Notes: generated by a model not told the origin, from the letters alone. 64,000 nt of DNA from Candidatus Nomurabacteria bacterium (GCA_943356775.1 CALRFU010000001.1:7203-71202); one strand, 5' to 3'; positions 42,159 through 52,853 are shown, counted from the first letter of the stretch. Made by a program: numbers and translations.

Positions 42159-43094
42159 TTAAATACTTACCCCAACTTTCTGCCGCACATCAACCATTTT
42201 CTTTTCCGCCTGCTCGCGCGCACGTGCCGCTCCGTCTCGCAAGATTTCTTTGACATCTGCATCCGAGAGACTCGCACGTTTCTCGCGCATCGGACTGATC
42301 ATGGCTTCGATATCTTCGACGAGTGCATCTTTGAGCGCCTTGTATTTTCCTTTGTGCTCCGTATAGAGTGCATCGAGCTCTTCTTCGCTCTTGAACAGGC
42401 GGTGGATGTTGTAGACATTTTCTGGCCTATCCCCTGTCGAGTCTGTCACAATGCTCATCACGGCTTTCTGAATTTCTTCTTTTGTCCCGAAGAGCGGAAT
42501 GGTGTTTCCGTAGCTCTTGCTCATCTTCTTGCCGTCGGTACCCGGTACGACCGCGACTGATTCCAGGATTTTTTCCTGCGGCGTTTTGAACGTTTCGCCG
42601 AATGCTGTATTGAATTTAGCGGCCGCTTCGCGTGCGTATTCCACGTGCTGACGCTGATCTGCGCCCACGGGCACAATGTCCGTGTCATACAGCAAGATGT
42701 CTGCGGCCATGAGCATCGGATAGGTGAAGAGTCCGGCATTCGCTTCGAGGCCTTTTGCGACTTTGTCTTTATATGCATGTGCCTGCATCAGAAACGGCAC
42801 GGTGACGAGGCAATCAAATATCCAGGCGAGCTCTGCATGCTGTGAGACGGATGATTGCTGAAATATGATCGTCTTCTTTGGGTCCATCCCGACCGCAACA
42901 TAATCACGAACGACCTCGGGGATGTTCTTCCGCAGCTGCTCAGTATCTTTGAGGGTAGTGAGTGCGTGATAATCGGCAATCATGACCAATCCATCAGCGT
43001 CTTTCAGCAATTCCACGGTCTGTTTGAGAGCGCCGAGGTAGTTGCCAATGTGGAGCGATCCAGAGGGCTGAAGACCGGTAAAAAGTCGTTGCAT
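42159..43094 (-). CDS. trpS: Tryptophan--tRNA ligase
   Basis: QPSG.LHIGNYLG, YPMLMAADIL, KMSKSY. Confidence 0.97.
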   Translation of the reverse strand: MQRLFTGLQPSGSLHIGNYLGALKQTVELLKDADGLVMIADYHALTTLKDTEQLRKNIPEVVRDYVAVGMDPKKTIIFQQSSVSQHAELAWIFDCLVTVPFLMQAHAYKDKVAKGLEANAGLFTYPMLMAADILLYDTDIVPVGADQRQHVEYAREAAAKFNTAFGETFKTPQEKILESVAVVPGTDGKKMSKSYGNTIPLFGTKEEIQKAVMSIVTDSTGDRPENVYNIHRLFKSEEELDALYTEHKGKYKALKDALVEDIEAMISPMREKRASLSDADVKEILRDGAARAREQAEKKMVDVRQKVGVSI

Positions 43095-43126
43095 CGGCCT
43101 ATAATACCAGAAAAATGAGCCCCTTT

Positions 43127-44632
43127 TTATAGAGCGGGGAATTCCACGATAAAGCGCGAACCCCTGCCTGCCCCCTCTGATTCCGCCGATATTTTGCCGC
43201 CGTGGGCTTCCACGACCTGCTTGGCGATGAAGAGGCCGTAGCCTGTCGAATGCACGTTGACCTTGATGGAATCTTTGCCGCGGCCGCCTTCGGCGAAGAG
43301 ATTGCTCATGTCTTCTGGGGTGATACCGACACCGCTGTCTTTGACTGAAAAGTGGATTTTTCCATCTCCGTCGGAGAGCTCGACTTGAATTGTGCCGGTG
43401 GGGGTGTATCTGATTGCATTATCGATGAGGTTGCGTATCACATGCTCGCGAATTTTTTCTTCGTCACCGTTTAACTTGTATTCCCCTTCCGCAATATGTA
43501 CTTCGAGCTCAATATTTTTTGCATGCGCTGCTGCTTGTTGCTCGCTCACAATCGTCTGGACCGCAGAACGGAAATCAAATGCGGCTTTGTTGAACGTGAC
43601 CGTACCTTTTTTTAGATTTGAGGCACTTAGAATATTCATGACTGTCGCCACACCTTTGCGCACATCGGTGAGTGCCGCTTTCGACATTGTTTTCAATTCA
43701 TCTGATATTACTCCGTAATCCCCTTCCGCAATTGCGGCGAAGCCCGCCTCGCTCTTCGTGAGGTATCCCTTAATCTCGTGACTAATGAAGTGGAGGAGAT
43801 TATCCTGCTGTTCGTTTGCAATCTCCAGCTCTCTCGAAAGTTTTGCGAGCATCTCCGCACGATGCTTCCAGATTAAAATAAGAGATATTGCCAAGATTGC
43901 AATGATGGCTATCAAACTAGCGATGAATTTCAGGAACGGATAGAGTGTTTGCGTCGTAACCGTGAAAAAGTCGTCGGCTTTAATATCAGTCGCCAAAATT
44001 GCAACGGTGTTTCCGTTGTCGTCTTTGATTGGCGCATAGCCAGTGAGGACTTGCCCATAGGCGTCTTCATAGAGCTCGGCTACAGTCAAAGGTCCGTTGT
44101 ATGCTTCAAACGCTTCTGGTATATGATCAGCGGGGTCGGGATTTGGTTGTCCTGGCCACTGCAATTTATCTGCTCCATCGGGTTCGACAGCACCGTCTTT
44201 ATTTGAATCAACGTTATTCGTCGGGTTGTCATCAGTGTTTGCATACGGATTGATTGACTCTGCGTCCGCCACAAACTCCATTTCTGCCGGATTACTCTTT
44301 ACTTTACGAATGATATACATGAAGACGATGTCCGAATTAGCATCTTTTGCCTTCTTGAGTTGCGTGACGACTTTTGCCCACTCCGGCTTGACCCAATCCT
44401 CCTCGGCTTGCAGTACTTCAAGATCTTTTGCATCTATGTTTGCTGCTTGCGTTATAGAAATAGACAACAGTCTTTCCCGCAGATTTTCTGTGAGAAGATT
44501 AATGGTGTGGTCGTACAAAAACCAAGAGGCTCCAACGGCAATTAAAACCGCAAGGAGCGCGATGATGCTGCCCAACCACACCAAAGCTCTAAACCGTAGG
44601 GTTTTCGTATTCTTTTGGGGACTTGCTCTCAT
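43127..44632 (-). CDS. Membrane sensor histidine kinase
   Basis: 2 TM helices, SHEIK H-box, NLIDNA, DSGVG, GYGL. Confidence 0.92.
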   Translation of the reverse strand: MRASPQKNTKTLRFRALVWLGSIIALLAVLIAVGASWFLYDHTINLLTENLRERLLSISITQAANIDAKDLEVLQAEEDWVKPEWAKVVTQLKKAKDANSDIVFMYIIRKVKSNPAEMEFVADAESINPYANTDDNPTNNVDSNKDGAVEPDGADKLQWPGQPNPDPADHIPEAFEAYNGPLTVAELYEDAYGQVLTGYAPIKDDNGNTVAILATDIKADDFFTVTTQTLYPFLKFIASLIAIIAILAISLILIWKHRAEMLAKLSRELEIANEQQDNLLHFISHEIKGYLTKSEAGFAAIAEGDYGVISDELKTMSKAALTDVRKGVATVMNILSASNLKKGTVTFNKAAFDFRSAVQTIVSEQQAAAHAKNIELEVHIAEGEYKLNGDEEKIREHVIRNLIDNAIRYTPTGTIQVELSDGDGKIHFSVKDSGVGITPEDMSNLFAEGGRGKDSIKVNVHSTGYGLFIAKQVVEAHGGKISAESEGAGRGSRFIVEFPAL

Positions 44633-44665
44633 AACGCTTTCCTCAATATAGTACCCTCATCTGGT

Positions 44666-46531
44666 CTAGACGTCTAATAGCCTCAATACTTTTGTTTTGT
44701 CTATATCCAAGAGGAACTGTGACAGGCGTGGTCCCGTATGCTTTCCCAAGAGTAATTGATACACATTTTCGAAGAATGCCCGTTGGCGGGTTTGGTTTTG
44801 ATGTTCCGTTGCTCCAGGCTTCACGACGAGCGCGTACAGCAACGTTGTAAGTTTTTCCGGAGACATTTTAGAGCGACGACGTACGAGCTTGGAGAGAGCA
44901 CGAATTGATTCCAGAGCTGCGTGACTCAATTCCGTTATATGCTCAACATTTGGCTGTGCCAGCAGATGATGAGTGTGTTTCTCGTCAACTGTCACGTAGC
45001 GTGTCCCCTTCACTTTTTTGAGAGAGTGCATATCCACATAGGTGACGTCCGCAGCAGATGCTTCTCTGTGCTCCTCCGTTCCTCTGGACGTTAACTGTAG
45101 AAGTTTCTCAACGCCCTTTTCCTGCACCCGCGTACATTCGAGCAATTTTTGTATACGCGCTTGAAGTGATTGACCGTGCATGAGCGGTTCTACAATCTCC
45201 TCAAATATATCGCGCTGCGGCAATGTCGGTTTGCAAATAAGTTTTCCATTAATACTTACGCTTGAAGAGTTGCGACCGCACCCCCCGTACGGTTGCGTTC
45301 CTCGTTCTATACCTACATCATGTGGGTTAGCGTTGTGCAGCACGGAGGCTTTATCATGAAGCACCTTTCCGTTGAATAACCGATCCACGAGGCTCTCAAT
45401 GTATGCACTGGCTCCATAGAGCGAGATGTACATCGCGTTCTGTGCATAATGAGGATTCTCGAAATACAGAGCGAGTTCCGAATCGTTCTCATATTTTTGC
45501 ACGAAAATAATTGGAGCAAATATTTCAGCGAAGTTTCCGCCTTCTGTAAGGGGTTTACAAATAATTGTAGGTTCTATGATGGCATCATGGGTTCGAATTA
45601 TCCCTTGGGTAGATTGATCAATCCACGCTTTATGGTGAACGAGAAAATCCTGTACCCGCACGAGATCCTTTGGATCACTATTGGGACCGACCCGACATAA
45701 TTTGTCGGCATATTCTCCGACATGGATTGTACGGATTTGCTCACGCAACAACCGCAGGAAGTCTGAATATACATCCGCATGAACGAGCGTTGCGTTCGGA
45801 GCTGCACAGTCTTGCCCTTGATTATAAAATTGCAGAGAAATAATCGCATCTACTGCTTTTTGCACGTCAGCGTTCTTACTAACAACGAAAGGATTATGCC
45901 CCGATCCATTTGAGATGAAGAGCGTGCGGTGGTCAAAAATGAGTCGCAGCTGATCTGCATGAGCAGAAGTTCCTGTAAAAATTACGACATCCGTACCGGG
46001 CAGAGTTTCTTCAGTTTTTGGATTGATACGTAGGGCAGAGCGCTTACGCAAGAACTCAAGGCGCGTGTCGTGGGAAACCGTTATGTTGGGAAACCGTGTG
46101 TGCACCTCGAGTAGTGCGAGCATTTTGGGGAAAAAATGCCGCATGCCGTGTGGTATCCGGAAGTGCACCTTGCTCGCCATAAGAGATGGTATGACAACGA
46201 AACAGGTAAAGGCATAGAGAGGTTGATTTCTCGGTAGAAATGCAGCGACTTCATTGACTCGTAAACGGAAGTACTCATTGTTGTCCTTAATGTTCTGCAA
46301 GAGATCAAGTGTGCGCTCGGTTTCGTCTTTTACTACTTCATAACTCTCATATTCAAGCAGTATTTCTGTCAGCGCTTCAAATTTACTTTCAATTAATTCT
46401 GCCCATGACCGCGTCTGGTCCTCAATGTAGAAAGTCGAAAGTGGTGTATAGGGAGGATATTTTCCGCTAATCGAAGTAATGTGCGTTGTACGGGTACGTT
46501 TAGGAGTGACGACCGCATTGGCAGTTTTCAT
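44666..46531 (-). CDS. Aldehyde dehydrogenase-family protein fused to a class I LysRS-like anticodon-binding domain
   Basis: LPRNQPL, FTGTS, GSGHNP, NQGQDC, EIFAPI, PYGG; C-terminal FFENVYQLLLGKHTGPRL. Confidence 0.75.
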   Translation of the reverse strand: MKTANAVVTPKRTRTTHITSISGKYPPYTPLSTFYIEDQTRSWAELIESKFEALTEILLEYESYEVVKDETERTLDLLQNIKDNNEYFRLRVNEVAAFLPRNQPLYAFTCFVVIPSLMASKVHFRIPHGMRHFFPKMLALLEVHTRFPNITVSHDTRLEFLRKRSALRINPKTEETLPGTDVVIFTGTSAHADQLRLIFDHRTLFISNGSGHNPFVVSKNADVQKAVDAIISLQFYNQGQDCAAPNATLVHADVYSDFLRLLREQIRTIHVGEYADKLCRVGPNSDPKDLVRVQDFLVHHKAWIDQSTQGIIRTHDAIIEPTIICKPLTEGGNFAEIFAPIIFVQKYENDSELALYFENPHYAQNAMYISLYGASAYIESLVDRLFNGKVLHDKASVLHNANPHDVGIERGTQPYGGCGRNSSSVSINGKLICKPTLPQRDIFEEIVEPLMHGQSLQARIQKLLECTRVQEKGVEKLLQLTSRGTEEHREASAADVTYVDMHSLKKVKGTRYVTVDEKHTHHLLAQPNVEHITELSHAALESIRALSKLVRRRSKMSPEKLTTLLYALVVKPGATEHQNQTRQRAFFENVYQLLLGKHTGPRLSQFLLDIDKTKVLRLLDV

Positions 46532-46535
46532 AGCA

Positions 46536-46901
46536 TCAAACTTCAGTTTTAAGAGAAATTTGCAAAAGTATGATTCCCACGAGCACGAACGCTAATCCGG
46601 CGTATTGGTACATAGAAAGTTTGCTCCACTCCTGAAACAAGACCAACCCCATCATGACAGTACCCAGCGTGAGGAGCGCATCAATCGTTCCCGATCCTAC
46701 CGCCACGCCGATCCGAGAAGTAACAAGCCCGAAGGTGATAAAAACGAATGGAGAGACAATCACAACGGCCAAGAGTAAAAGGGAAAATTTGTTGTCTTTA
46801 CTTGCCCACGTTGCAGCCAGATAATTAGCAAAAAGCGCCACAGCAACAGCGCCAATTACATATAGCCAGATCTCCAGTTTTTCCATCACGGGAGATACCA
46901 T
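46536..46901 (-). CDS. Small 4-TM DMT/SMR-like transporter
   Basis: 121 aa, four TM helices, GLVLFQE..YQYAGLAF..GIILL. Confidence 0.7.
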   Translation of the reverse strand: MVSPVMEKLEIWLYVIGAVAVALFANYLAATWASKDNKFSLLLLAVVIVSPFVFITFGLVTSRIGVAVGSGTIDALLTLGTVMMGLVLFQEWSKLSMYQYAGLAFVLVGIILLQISLKTEV

Positions 46902-47280
46902 ATCACAACATTATTGTTTGCAAAGGGGTAAGAAATGCTCCAGACCAAGCATCCACCCAAGCGTGGCAATCGGTGCAATAAGGAGTTTTTGCGACATATA
47001 CAAGCAGTAAGAATAAGTACACCACAGGTCCAATTTCCTACAAGCACCTGGTGTGCATAAGATACTCATCAACCCGCTTCGCCTTATAATCGAGTGATTA
47101 TATGAAAGACATGCAACATCTTATCCTCTAGCGATTTCTATGTCAGGGATTATCTTTACCGAAGGAAGGACTGCTGCCTTTGAGTAGACGGGGCGGCTAA
47201 TTTTTTGAATCCATGTGTCGTTCTATTTCTAAATACATATCCGCACCCCCTTTGCCAATGAGTGTAAGCGGCACAGCTGA

Positions 47281-47769
47281 TCAACTTCGGACTGCAGCGA
47301 GAACGACGTAAGAGCCTACTAGCCACCAGAAACGGTAGGCCACTCCAAACACGGTGTGTACCTGATCGCCGAAGTGCCATAGTACATCAAGGCTCGGCAC
47401 TTGGAGCCATACGATAAGGAGCACCGCTGTTGCGGCTAATCCCACGACAAGAGCTTGAATGGGTCCGATACCGTTAGAGAATGTGAATATGAGTCGGTGT
47501 GTAGCGATAAACAAGAGGACTGCTACCGCACCGAACATTGCAAGTTGAGCAACGGGAGACGTGAATTGTGCGAATAGACCACCGAGGAAGAATGCCTGTG
47601 GGAGTTGTTGCATTACGAGGAGTGATGCGGGTAAACTGAGCACCAACGCCGTTGCGCGGGCGGGACCAGTACGCATTGCGTCGAGGGAGGTGAGAACCGC
47701 AAAGGCGAAGATGAGTATCCAATCCATTGGCCAATGAGCCAGTATCGAAGAAATCGATGATAGATCCAT
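47281..47769 (-). CDS. Hypothetical membrane protein
   Basis: About 5 hydrophobic helices; TATACT 6 nt upstream of the ATG. Confidence 0.7.
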   Translation of the reverse strand: MDLSSISSILAHWPMDWILIFAFAVLTSLDAMRTGPARATALVLSLPASLLVMQQLPQAFFLGGLFAQFTSPVAQLAMFGAVAVLLFIATHRLIFTFSNGIGPIQALVVGLAATAVLLIVWLQVPSLDVLWHFGDQVHTVFGVAYRFWWLVGSYVVLAAVRS

Positions 47770-47814
47770 CGGTACAGTATACGTGCTCTGGAGACTGTCG
47801 CGGCTGCGAGGTGT

Positions 47815-48882
47815 TTACAGACCTTCTTGTCGCAATTTTTCGATGAGCTCCCGTGCATTCTTCGAGAGTTTCTTGGGGAATTCAATATCTACGCGGACAA
47901 GCAAGTCGCCGCGAGCGCGTCCCGCCGGTACTCCTTTGCCTCGTACGCGAATGACCTCACCGTGCGAAATGCCCGGAGCGACACTCAGGGTCTCTTCACC
48001 ATCAAGAGTCGTGATGCGGTATTCTCCACCCAGAAGTGCGTCTGAGAGTTTGATAGGAAGTGAGGTAAGGAGATTGTTGCCTTCGCGCGAGAATTTTGTA
48101 TCGGCTTTAATATGCAATTTCACGTAGAGGTCGCCTGCGCCGCCGCCTTGCACCGCTTCTCCGCGACCGGGCATACGTATCATTTCTCCGTCTTCTACAC
48201 CCGCGGGTACCACGATGTGTATTTCTTCCTGGCGTTTACGGACACCCGCTCCCTGGCAGGCTTCGCAGAGTGTTTCGGGTATCTGTCCCCGTCCGTGGCA
48301 TCGCGGGCACGGACGTGCCGAGGTAAACGTCCCGAAGAATGAATTACGAGATTCACGGATCTCGCCTTTTCCGTTGCAGCTTGAGCAGGTGATCATTTTC
48401 GAACCTTTCTTCGCCCCTGACCCGTCACAGGTATCGCAGGCGCTCGTCTTGGAAAGTAATACACGACGCTCTGTACCGAATACGGATTCACGGAACGAAA
48501 GTTCTATATCTATTGAAATGTCGCGGCCGCGCTTCGCACGCGCTTGCCCGCCGCCGAATACATCGCCGAAGATGTCGCCGAGGTCGAATTCGACGCTGCC
48601 CCCTTGCCCGCCGAATCCTTGGAAGTTTGAGAAATCGAATCCGCCGAAGCCTCCCTGCTGCGGGCCTCCCCCTCCGGCAAACGTTTTGCCGTAGGTATCG
48701 TATTCCGCACGCTTCTTTTTATCGGAAAGTACCGAGTAAGCCTCACTCACCTCTTTGAATTTAGCCTCGTCACCGCCTTTTTTGTCGGGATGATACTTGT
48801 GCGCCAATTTCCGGAAAGCTTTTTTGATATCCTCGTCAGTCGCCGTCTTTGGAATACCAAGTAAATCGTAATAGTTTTTCAT
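47815..48882 (-). CDS. dnaJ: Chaperone DnaJ
   Basis: HPD, G/F region, four CxxCxGxG repeats. Confidence 0.98.
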   Translation of the reverse strand: MKNYYDLLGIPKTATDEDIKKAFRKLAHKYHPDKKGGDEAKFKEVSEAYSVLSDKKKRAEYDTYGKTFAGGGGPQQGGFGGFDFSNFQGFGGQGGSVEFDLGDIFGDVFGGGQARAKRGRDISIDIELSFRESVFGTERRVLLSKTSACDTCDGSGAKKGSKMITCSSCNGKGEIRESRNSFFGTFTSARPCPRCHGRGQIPETLCEACQGAGVRKRQEEIHIVVPAGVEDGEMIRMPGRGEAVQGGGAGDLYVKLHIKADTKFSREGNNLLTSLPIKLSDALLGGEYRITTLDGEETLSVAPGISHGEVIRVRGKGVPAGRARGDLLVRVDIEFPKKLSKNARELIEKLRQEGL

Positions 48883-48920
48883 AACGAGGAATTATAGTAC
48901 TCGCAAAGTGTTTACAAAGC

Positions 48921-48941
48921 AAAAGCCGCTCTGAAGCGGCT
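48921..48941 (-). terminator. Probable intrinsic terminator after dnaK
   Basis: AGCCGCT/AGCGGCT stem followed by a T-run on the minus strand. Confidence 0.6.
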
Positions 48942-48948
48942 CTTGTCT

Positions 48949-50817
48949 TTATTGCTTCGGGGCTTCTTCTGGGGGCGTTTGTTCGTCTTTAGGTGCTTCT
49001 GGAGGCGGTGTCTGTTGATTTTGATTCATGGCCTGACCGATTTTGCTCATCTCTGTGGAAAGCGCTTCGGCCGCAGACTTGATAGCTGCTGCGTCGCTAC
49101 CACCTCGAGCTGCTTTAGCTGCATCTATTTTCTCCTGTACACCTTTCTTGATATCTTCGCTCACCTTATCGCCGTGCTCTTTGAGCGCCTTCTCGGCGGC
49201 GTAGACGACTTGGTCGGCCCCGTTTTGTGCCTCCACGAGCTCGCGCTTCTTTGTGTCGGCATCGGCGTTGACCTCGGCGTCTTTGCGCATCTTTTCTACC
49301 TCAGTATCAGAGAGACCGGATGTCGCTTCAATGCGGATGGATTGTTCTTTGTTTGTTGATTTATCTTTGGCCTTCACCGAGAGAATTCCGTTGGCATCGA
49401 TGTCAAAAGAGACTTCGACTTGTGGCGTACCGCGCGATGCCGGCGGAATGCCGTCGAGGTTGAAGCGGCCGAGCGATTTGTTGTCGGTAGCCATGGGGCG
49501 CTCACCTTGGACGACGTGAATTTCTACAGACGGCTGGTTGTCGGAGGCGGTCGAGAATGTCTGTGAGCGCGAGGTTGGAATCGTGGTATTGCGCTCGATG
49601 AGCTTTGTCGCGACGCCGCCCATGGTCTCGATACCGAGCGAAAGTGGAATGACGTCGAGCAAGAGCACGTCTTTGACGTCTCCCTGCAGAATGCCGCCCT
49701 GAATCGCTGCGCCGATTGCGACGACTTCGTCGGGATTCACGCTGAGATTCGGCTTTTTACTAAAGAAATCTTCCACAGCCTTTTGCATCGCCGGCATGCG
49801 TGTCTGTCCGCCGACGAGCACGACTTCGTTGATGTCCGCTACCTTGAATGGCGACGCTTCCACAGCGCGCTTGGTGATTGCCATTGCGCGGTCTAGAAAC
49901 TCGCGGGAGAGCTCCTCAAGCTTTCCGCGTGTCATCTTAATGAGAAGGTGCTGCGGACCCGCATCGGTCGAGGTGATGAATGGAATGTTTATCTCGGTCT
50001 CAAGTGCTGTCGAGAGTTCAATCTTGGCCTTCTCTGCGGCCTCATCCAAGCGTTGGCGCGCAAGCGGGTCTTTGCTCACATCCACACCTGACTCTTTTTT
50101 GAATTCATCGGCTATCCAGGTCATTATCTTCTGGTCGATATCCTTGCCGCCCAAGTGCGCGTCGCCGTCGGTCGAACGTACCTCTATCACGTCGTCTCCG
50201 ACTTCGAGCACTGAAATATCGAATGTTCCACCGCCGAAATCGAATACCACTATCTTCTCGTCTTTCTTTTTGTTGAATCCGTATGCGAGCGCCGCAGCAG
50301 TCGGCTCGTTGATGATGCGCTTTACGTCGAGACCTGCAATTTTGCCGGCGTCCTTTGTAGCCTGTCGTTGTGAGTCATTGAAATATGCCGGTACGGTGAT
50401 GACCGCCTCGGTGATAGTCTCCCCGAGTCTGGCTTCGGCATCCTGCTTCAGCTTCTGCAATATCATCGCAGAGAGTTCTTCGGGACGGTACCATTTGTCG
50501 GCCATCTTAATCTCAATTCCGCCGTTTGCGGACTTCTGTGTCTCAAACGGAACCGCCGCCCGGTCCTTGGCCGCCGCAGGTTCGTCAAAATTATGCCCGA
50601 TAAAACGCTTGATTTGATATATGGTGTTCTTCGGATTGGTGACGCCCTGACGCTTTGCAAGTAGCCCAACGAGTTTCTCTCCCGTTTTCGATAGTGCAAC
50701 GACCGAGGGGGTCGTGCGTGCACCTTCGGCGTTCTCGATTATCTGAGGTTCCCCTCCTTTTACGATAGCTATTGCTGAATTTGTAGTTCCCAAATCTATT
50801 CCGAGTATTTTTGACAT
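48949..50817 (-). CDS. dnaK: Chaperone DnaK
   Basis: [25 protein letters not shown]. Confidence 0.99.
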   Translation of the reverse strand: MSKILGIDLGTTNSAIAIVKGGEPQIIENAEGARTTPSVVALSKTGEKLVGLLAKRQGVTNPKNTIYQIKRFIGHNFDEPAAAKDRAAVPFETQKSANGGIEIKMADKWYRPEELSAMILQKLKQDAEARLGETITEAVITVPAYFNDSQRQATKDAGKIAGLDVKRIINEPTAAALAYGFNKKKDEKIVVFDFGGGTFDISVLEVGDDVIEVRSTDGDAHLGGKDIDQKIMTWIADEFKKESGVDVSKDPLARQRLDEAAEKAKIELSTALETEINIPFITSTDAGPQHLLIKMTRGKLEELSREFLDRAMAITKRAVEASPFKVADINEVVLVGGQTRMPAMQKAVEDFFSKKPNLSVNPDEVVAIGAAIQGGILQGDVKDVLLLDVIPLSLGIETMGGVATKLIERNTTIPTSRSQTFSTASDNQPSVEIHVVQGERPMATDNKSLGRFNLDGIPPASRGTPQVEVSFDIDANGILSVKAKDKSTNKEQSIRIEATSGLSDTEVEKMRKDAEVNADADTKKRELVEAQNGADQVVYAAEKALKEHGDKVSEDIKKGVQEKIDAAKAARGGSDAAAIKSAAEALSTEMSKIGQAMNQNQQTPPPEAPKDEQTPPEEAPKQ

Positions 50818-50900
50818 AGTTGAGTTTAGTGAATGAGTAATTGGGTCTCCGTGCAGATATTTGTATACACCTCCAGGAGGTGTTTGTCAAATCTAGAGGG

Positions 50901-51443
50901 CTACTTTTTGACGATGACTTGCGCCGGTCGTAGTACCTTGCCGTTCATTTTGTATCCTGAACGGAGGATTTTTACGACAGTGCCGGATTCACCGGGAATT
51001 TCTTCGGTCTCTTCGACTGCTTCATGGGTCATGTGGTCGAGCACTTCGCCGACCGTACCGAATCTCTCTACCCCGTGGCGTGAGAGGACATCAATAAGTT
51101 GATTGCGTATGTGTTCGATGCCGCTTCGCCAGCCCGCGTCCATTGTTTGCCATGCGGGTGAGCTTGCCGCCATATCGAAGCCGTCGAGAGCCGGAATGAT
51201 ATCCTCAATGAGGCCTTCTTTTGCGCGTTCCCCCATACGCTGCGCCTCCGCGAGCGTCTCTTTGCGGGAATTCACGCTATCCGCTTTGGAGCGTTGCCAG
51301 CCGTCGAGATATTCTTGTCGTTGCGCTTTTACTTCGGCGAGCTCGTCTTTGAGCTTCTTCACTTTTGCGCCCGCGGACGCAGCGTCACCGAGCTCCTCGT
51401 CGGGTTCGAAATTGATATCTTCGTCGGGAGCTATATCGTTCAT
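50901..51443 (-). CDS. grpE: Nucleotide exchange factor GrpE
   Basis: WQRSKAD..N, HEAV, GY..NGKVLRPAQV. Confidence 0.95.
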   Translation of the reverse strand: MNDIAPDEDINFEPDEELGDAASAGAKVKKLKDELAEVKAQRQEYLDGWQRSKADSVNSRKETLAEAQRMGERAKEGLIEDIIPALDGFDMAASSPAWQTMDAGWRSGIEHIRNQLIDVLSRHGVERFGTVGEVLDHMTHEAVEETEEIPGESGTVVKILRSGYKMNGKVLRPAQVIVKK

Positions 51444-51487
51444 CAGGTGTGCAGTATAGCAAACATCGTCATCTATAAAAAGAAATT

Positions 51488-51531
51488 GCGGCGGCTTGTC
51501 TGTCAGGGGAAATGACAAACGAAGCCGCCGC
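51488..51531 (-). terminator. Strong hairpin, probable terminator upstream of grpE
   Basis: GCGGCGGCTT/AAGCCGCCGC stem followed by a T-rich tract on the minus strand. Confidence 0.5.
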
Positions 51532-51692
51532 TCCTCCGTGCCCTAGGGGGGGTATTTAGGACAGGAGGTATTCAGCAGTGGCAAGTATGCTACTGATTGC
51601 TAGTAATTGCAATAGTACCAAAAGCCGCCCATCGGTCATGATGGGCACCTGTAGACGGCCTGTTTCGCGGCTTTTTGAAGATAGAGGCGTTA

Positions 51693-52091
51693 CTAGCGCT
51701 TGGACCATTGTGGCGCACGACGTGCTGCCTTGAGGCCGAACTTTTTACGTTCCTTGGCTCGTGGGTCACGTTTGAGGAATCCGCGAACCTTGAGGTCCTT
51801 TCGCTGCTCTGGAGTGATTTCAATCATTGCACGTGAGATTCCGAGTCTTACAGCTTCTGCCTGCGCCTTGAGTCCTCCGCCTCGTACATGTGCCGAGACT
51901 GCGTATGTTGCTCCCATGAGCTGAAGCGGAGAGAATGCCATCTTAACCATGACGTCGAGTGGAAAATACTCGTCAGCCATCTTGCCGTTGACCAACATAG
52001 AAGAGGTTTTTGCTTCGGTAAGGCGCACACGTGCGGTTGCCGTCTTGCGTCGTCCTACTGCTTCTGTGTACCGTGCTGTCTCTTTTGCCAT
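51693..52091 (-). CDS. rpsI: 30S ribosomal protein S9
   Basis: GRRKTATARV, ERKKFG..ARRAPQWSKR. Confidence 0.98.
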   Translation of the reverse strand: MAKETARYTEAVGRRKTATARVRLTEAKTSSMLVNGKMADEYFPLDVMVKMAFSPLQLMGATYAVSAHVRGGGLKAQAEAVRLGISRAMIEITPEQRKDLKVRGFLKRDPRAKERKKFGLKAARRAPQWSKR

Positions 52092-52117
52092 AATTACTTG
52101 TGGTGAGTATTATCGAA

Positions 52118-52474
52118 CTATTCGGTAACGGATAAATTCTTCAAGCGAGGTGTGTGCATCGTGTTGCGCGGGAGCATTCGTGCGACAGCGCGGCGGATGA
52201 CCTCGGAATTTCCTTTGCGTGCGGCGAGGGATGCGAGGCTCTCACTCTTGAGTCCTCCCGGATATCCTGAGTACGTCGTGTAGATGATGCGCGAGCGCTT
52301 GCGGTCGCGAATGTAGAGCTTGCCTGCGTTTGCGACGGTAACTTTAATATTTGAATTCTTGTTTGGGGTGTAGTCCGCGCGCATCTTACCCATGAGGGCT
52401 TTTGCGGCTTCAGATGCGACGCGACCGAGTGTGCGTCCTGCAGCGTCTATTTCGTATGTGTTTTTAGCTTCCAT
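52118..52474 (-). CDS. rplM: 50S ribosomal protein L13
   Basis: IDAAGRTLGRVAS, SGYPGGLK, AVARMLP. Confidence 0.96.
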   Translation of the reverse strand: MEAKNTYEIDAAGRTLGRVASEAAKALMGKMRADYTPNKNSNIKVTVANAGKLYIRDRKRSRIIYTTYSGYPGGLKSESLASLAARKGNSEVIRRAVARMLPRNTMHTPRLKNLSVTE

Positions 52475-52478
52475 ATTG

Positions 52479-52853
52479 CTATTTTTTGTCGCCTTCGGCC
52501 TGTACAAATTCAATACGTGCCGCTTCAAGGACCCGCTTCCCAATTCTTCCGAGTAATACAATACGGGTGTAACCGCCTGCACGATTGGCGTAGCGGGGAC
52601 CGTATACTTCATGGAGCTTCTTCACCACCTCCTTGGAGCCGCCCATGCGCGTATCAATGATTCGCCGTGATGCGAGGGTGTTCTTCTTGCTCATAGAAAC
52701 CATGCGCTCCACAAACGGACGCAATTCTTTTGCTTTGGCGACCGTGGTCGTTATCCCCTCCTGGAGAACGAGAGAACGGGCGAGGCTGCGCAAAAGCGCC
52801 ACGCGTTCGCCCCTCTTGCGTCCCAATGCTCTGTTTTTCTTGTGATGCCGCAT
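52479..52853 (-). CDS. rplQ: 50S ribosomal protein L17
   Basis: MRH..R.LGR, TTVAKAKE, RAGGYTRI. Confidence 0.97.
   Translation of the reverse strand: MRHHKKNRALGRKRGERVALLRSLARSLVLQEGITTTVAKAKELRPFVERMVSMSKKNTLASRRIIDTRMGGSKEVVKKLHEVYGPRYANRAGGYTRIVLLGRIGKRVLEAARIEFVQAEGDKK

Noticed and set aside
46905-47280. Short ORFs in the AT-rich spacer beside the SMR gene
   Set aside because: Very short or overlapping the neighbouring gene, with no recognisable similarity
23376-50617. Long antisense or alternate-frame ORFs (e.g. 23376-24329, 26110-27108, 27899-28795, 49796-50617)
   Set aside because: They shadow well-supported genes in GC-rich coding DNA and show no motifs
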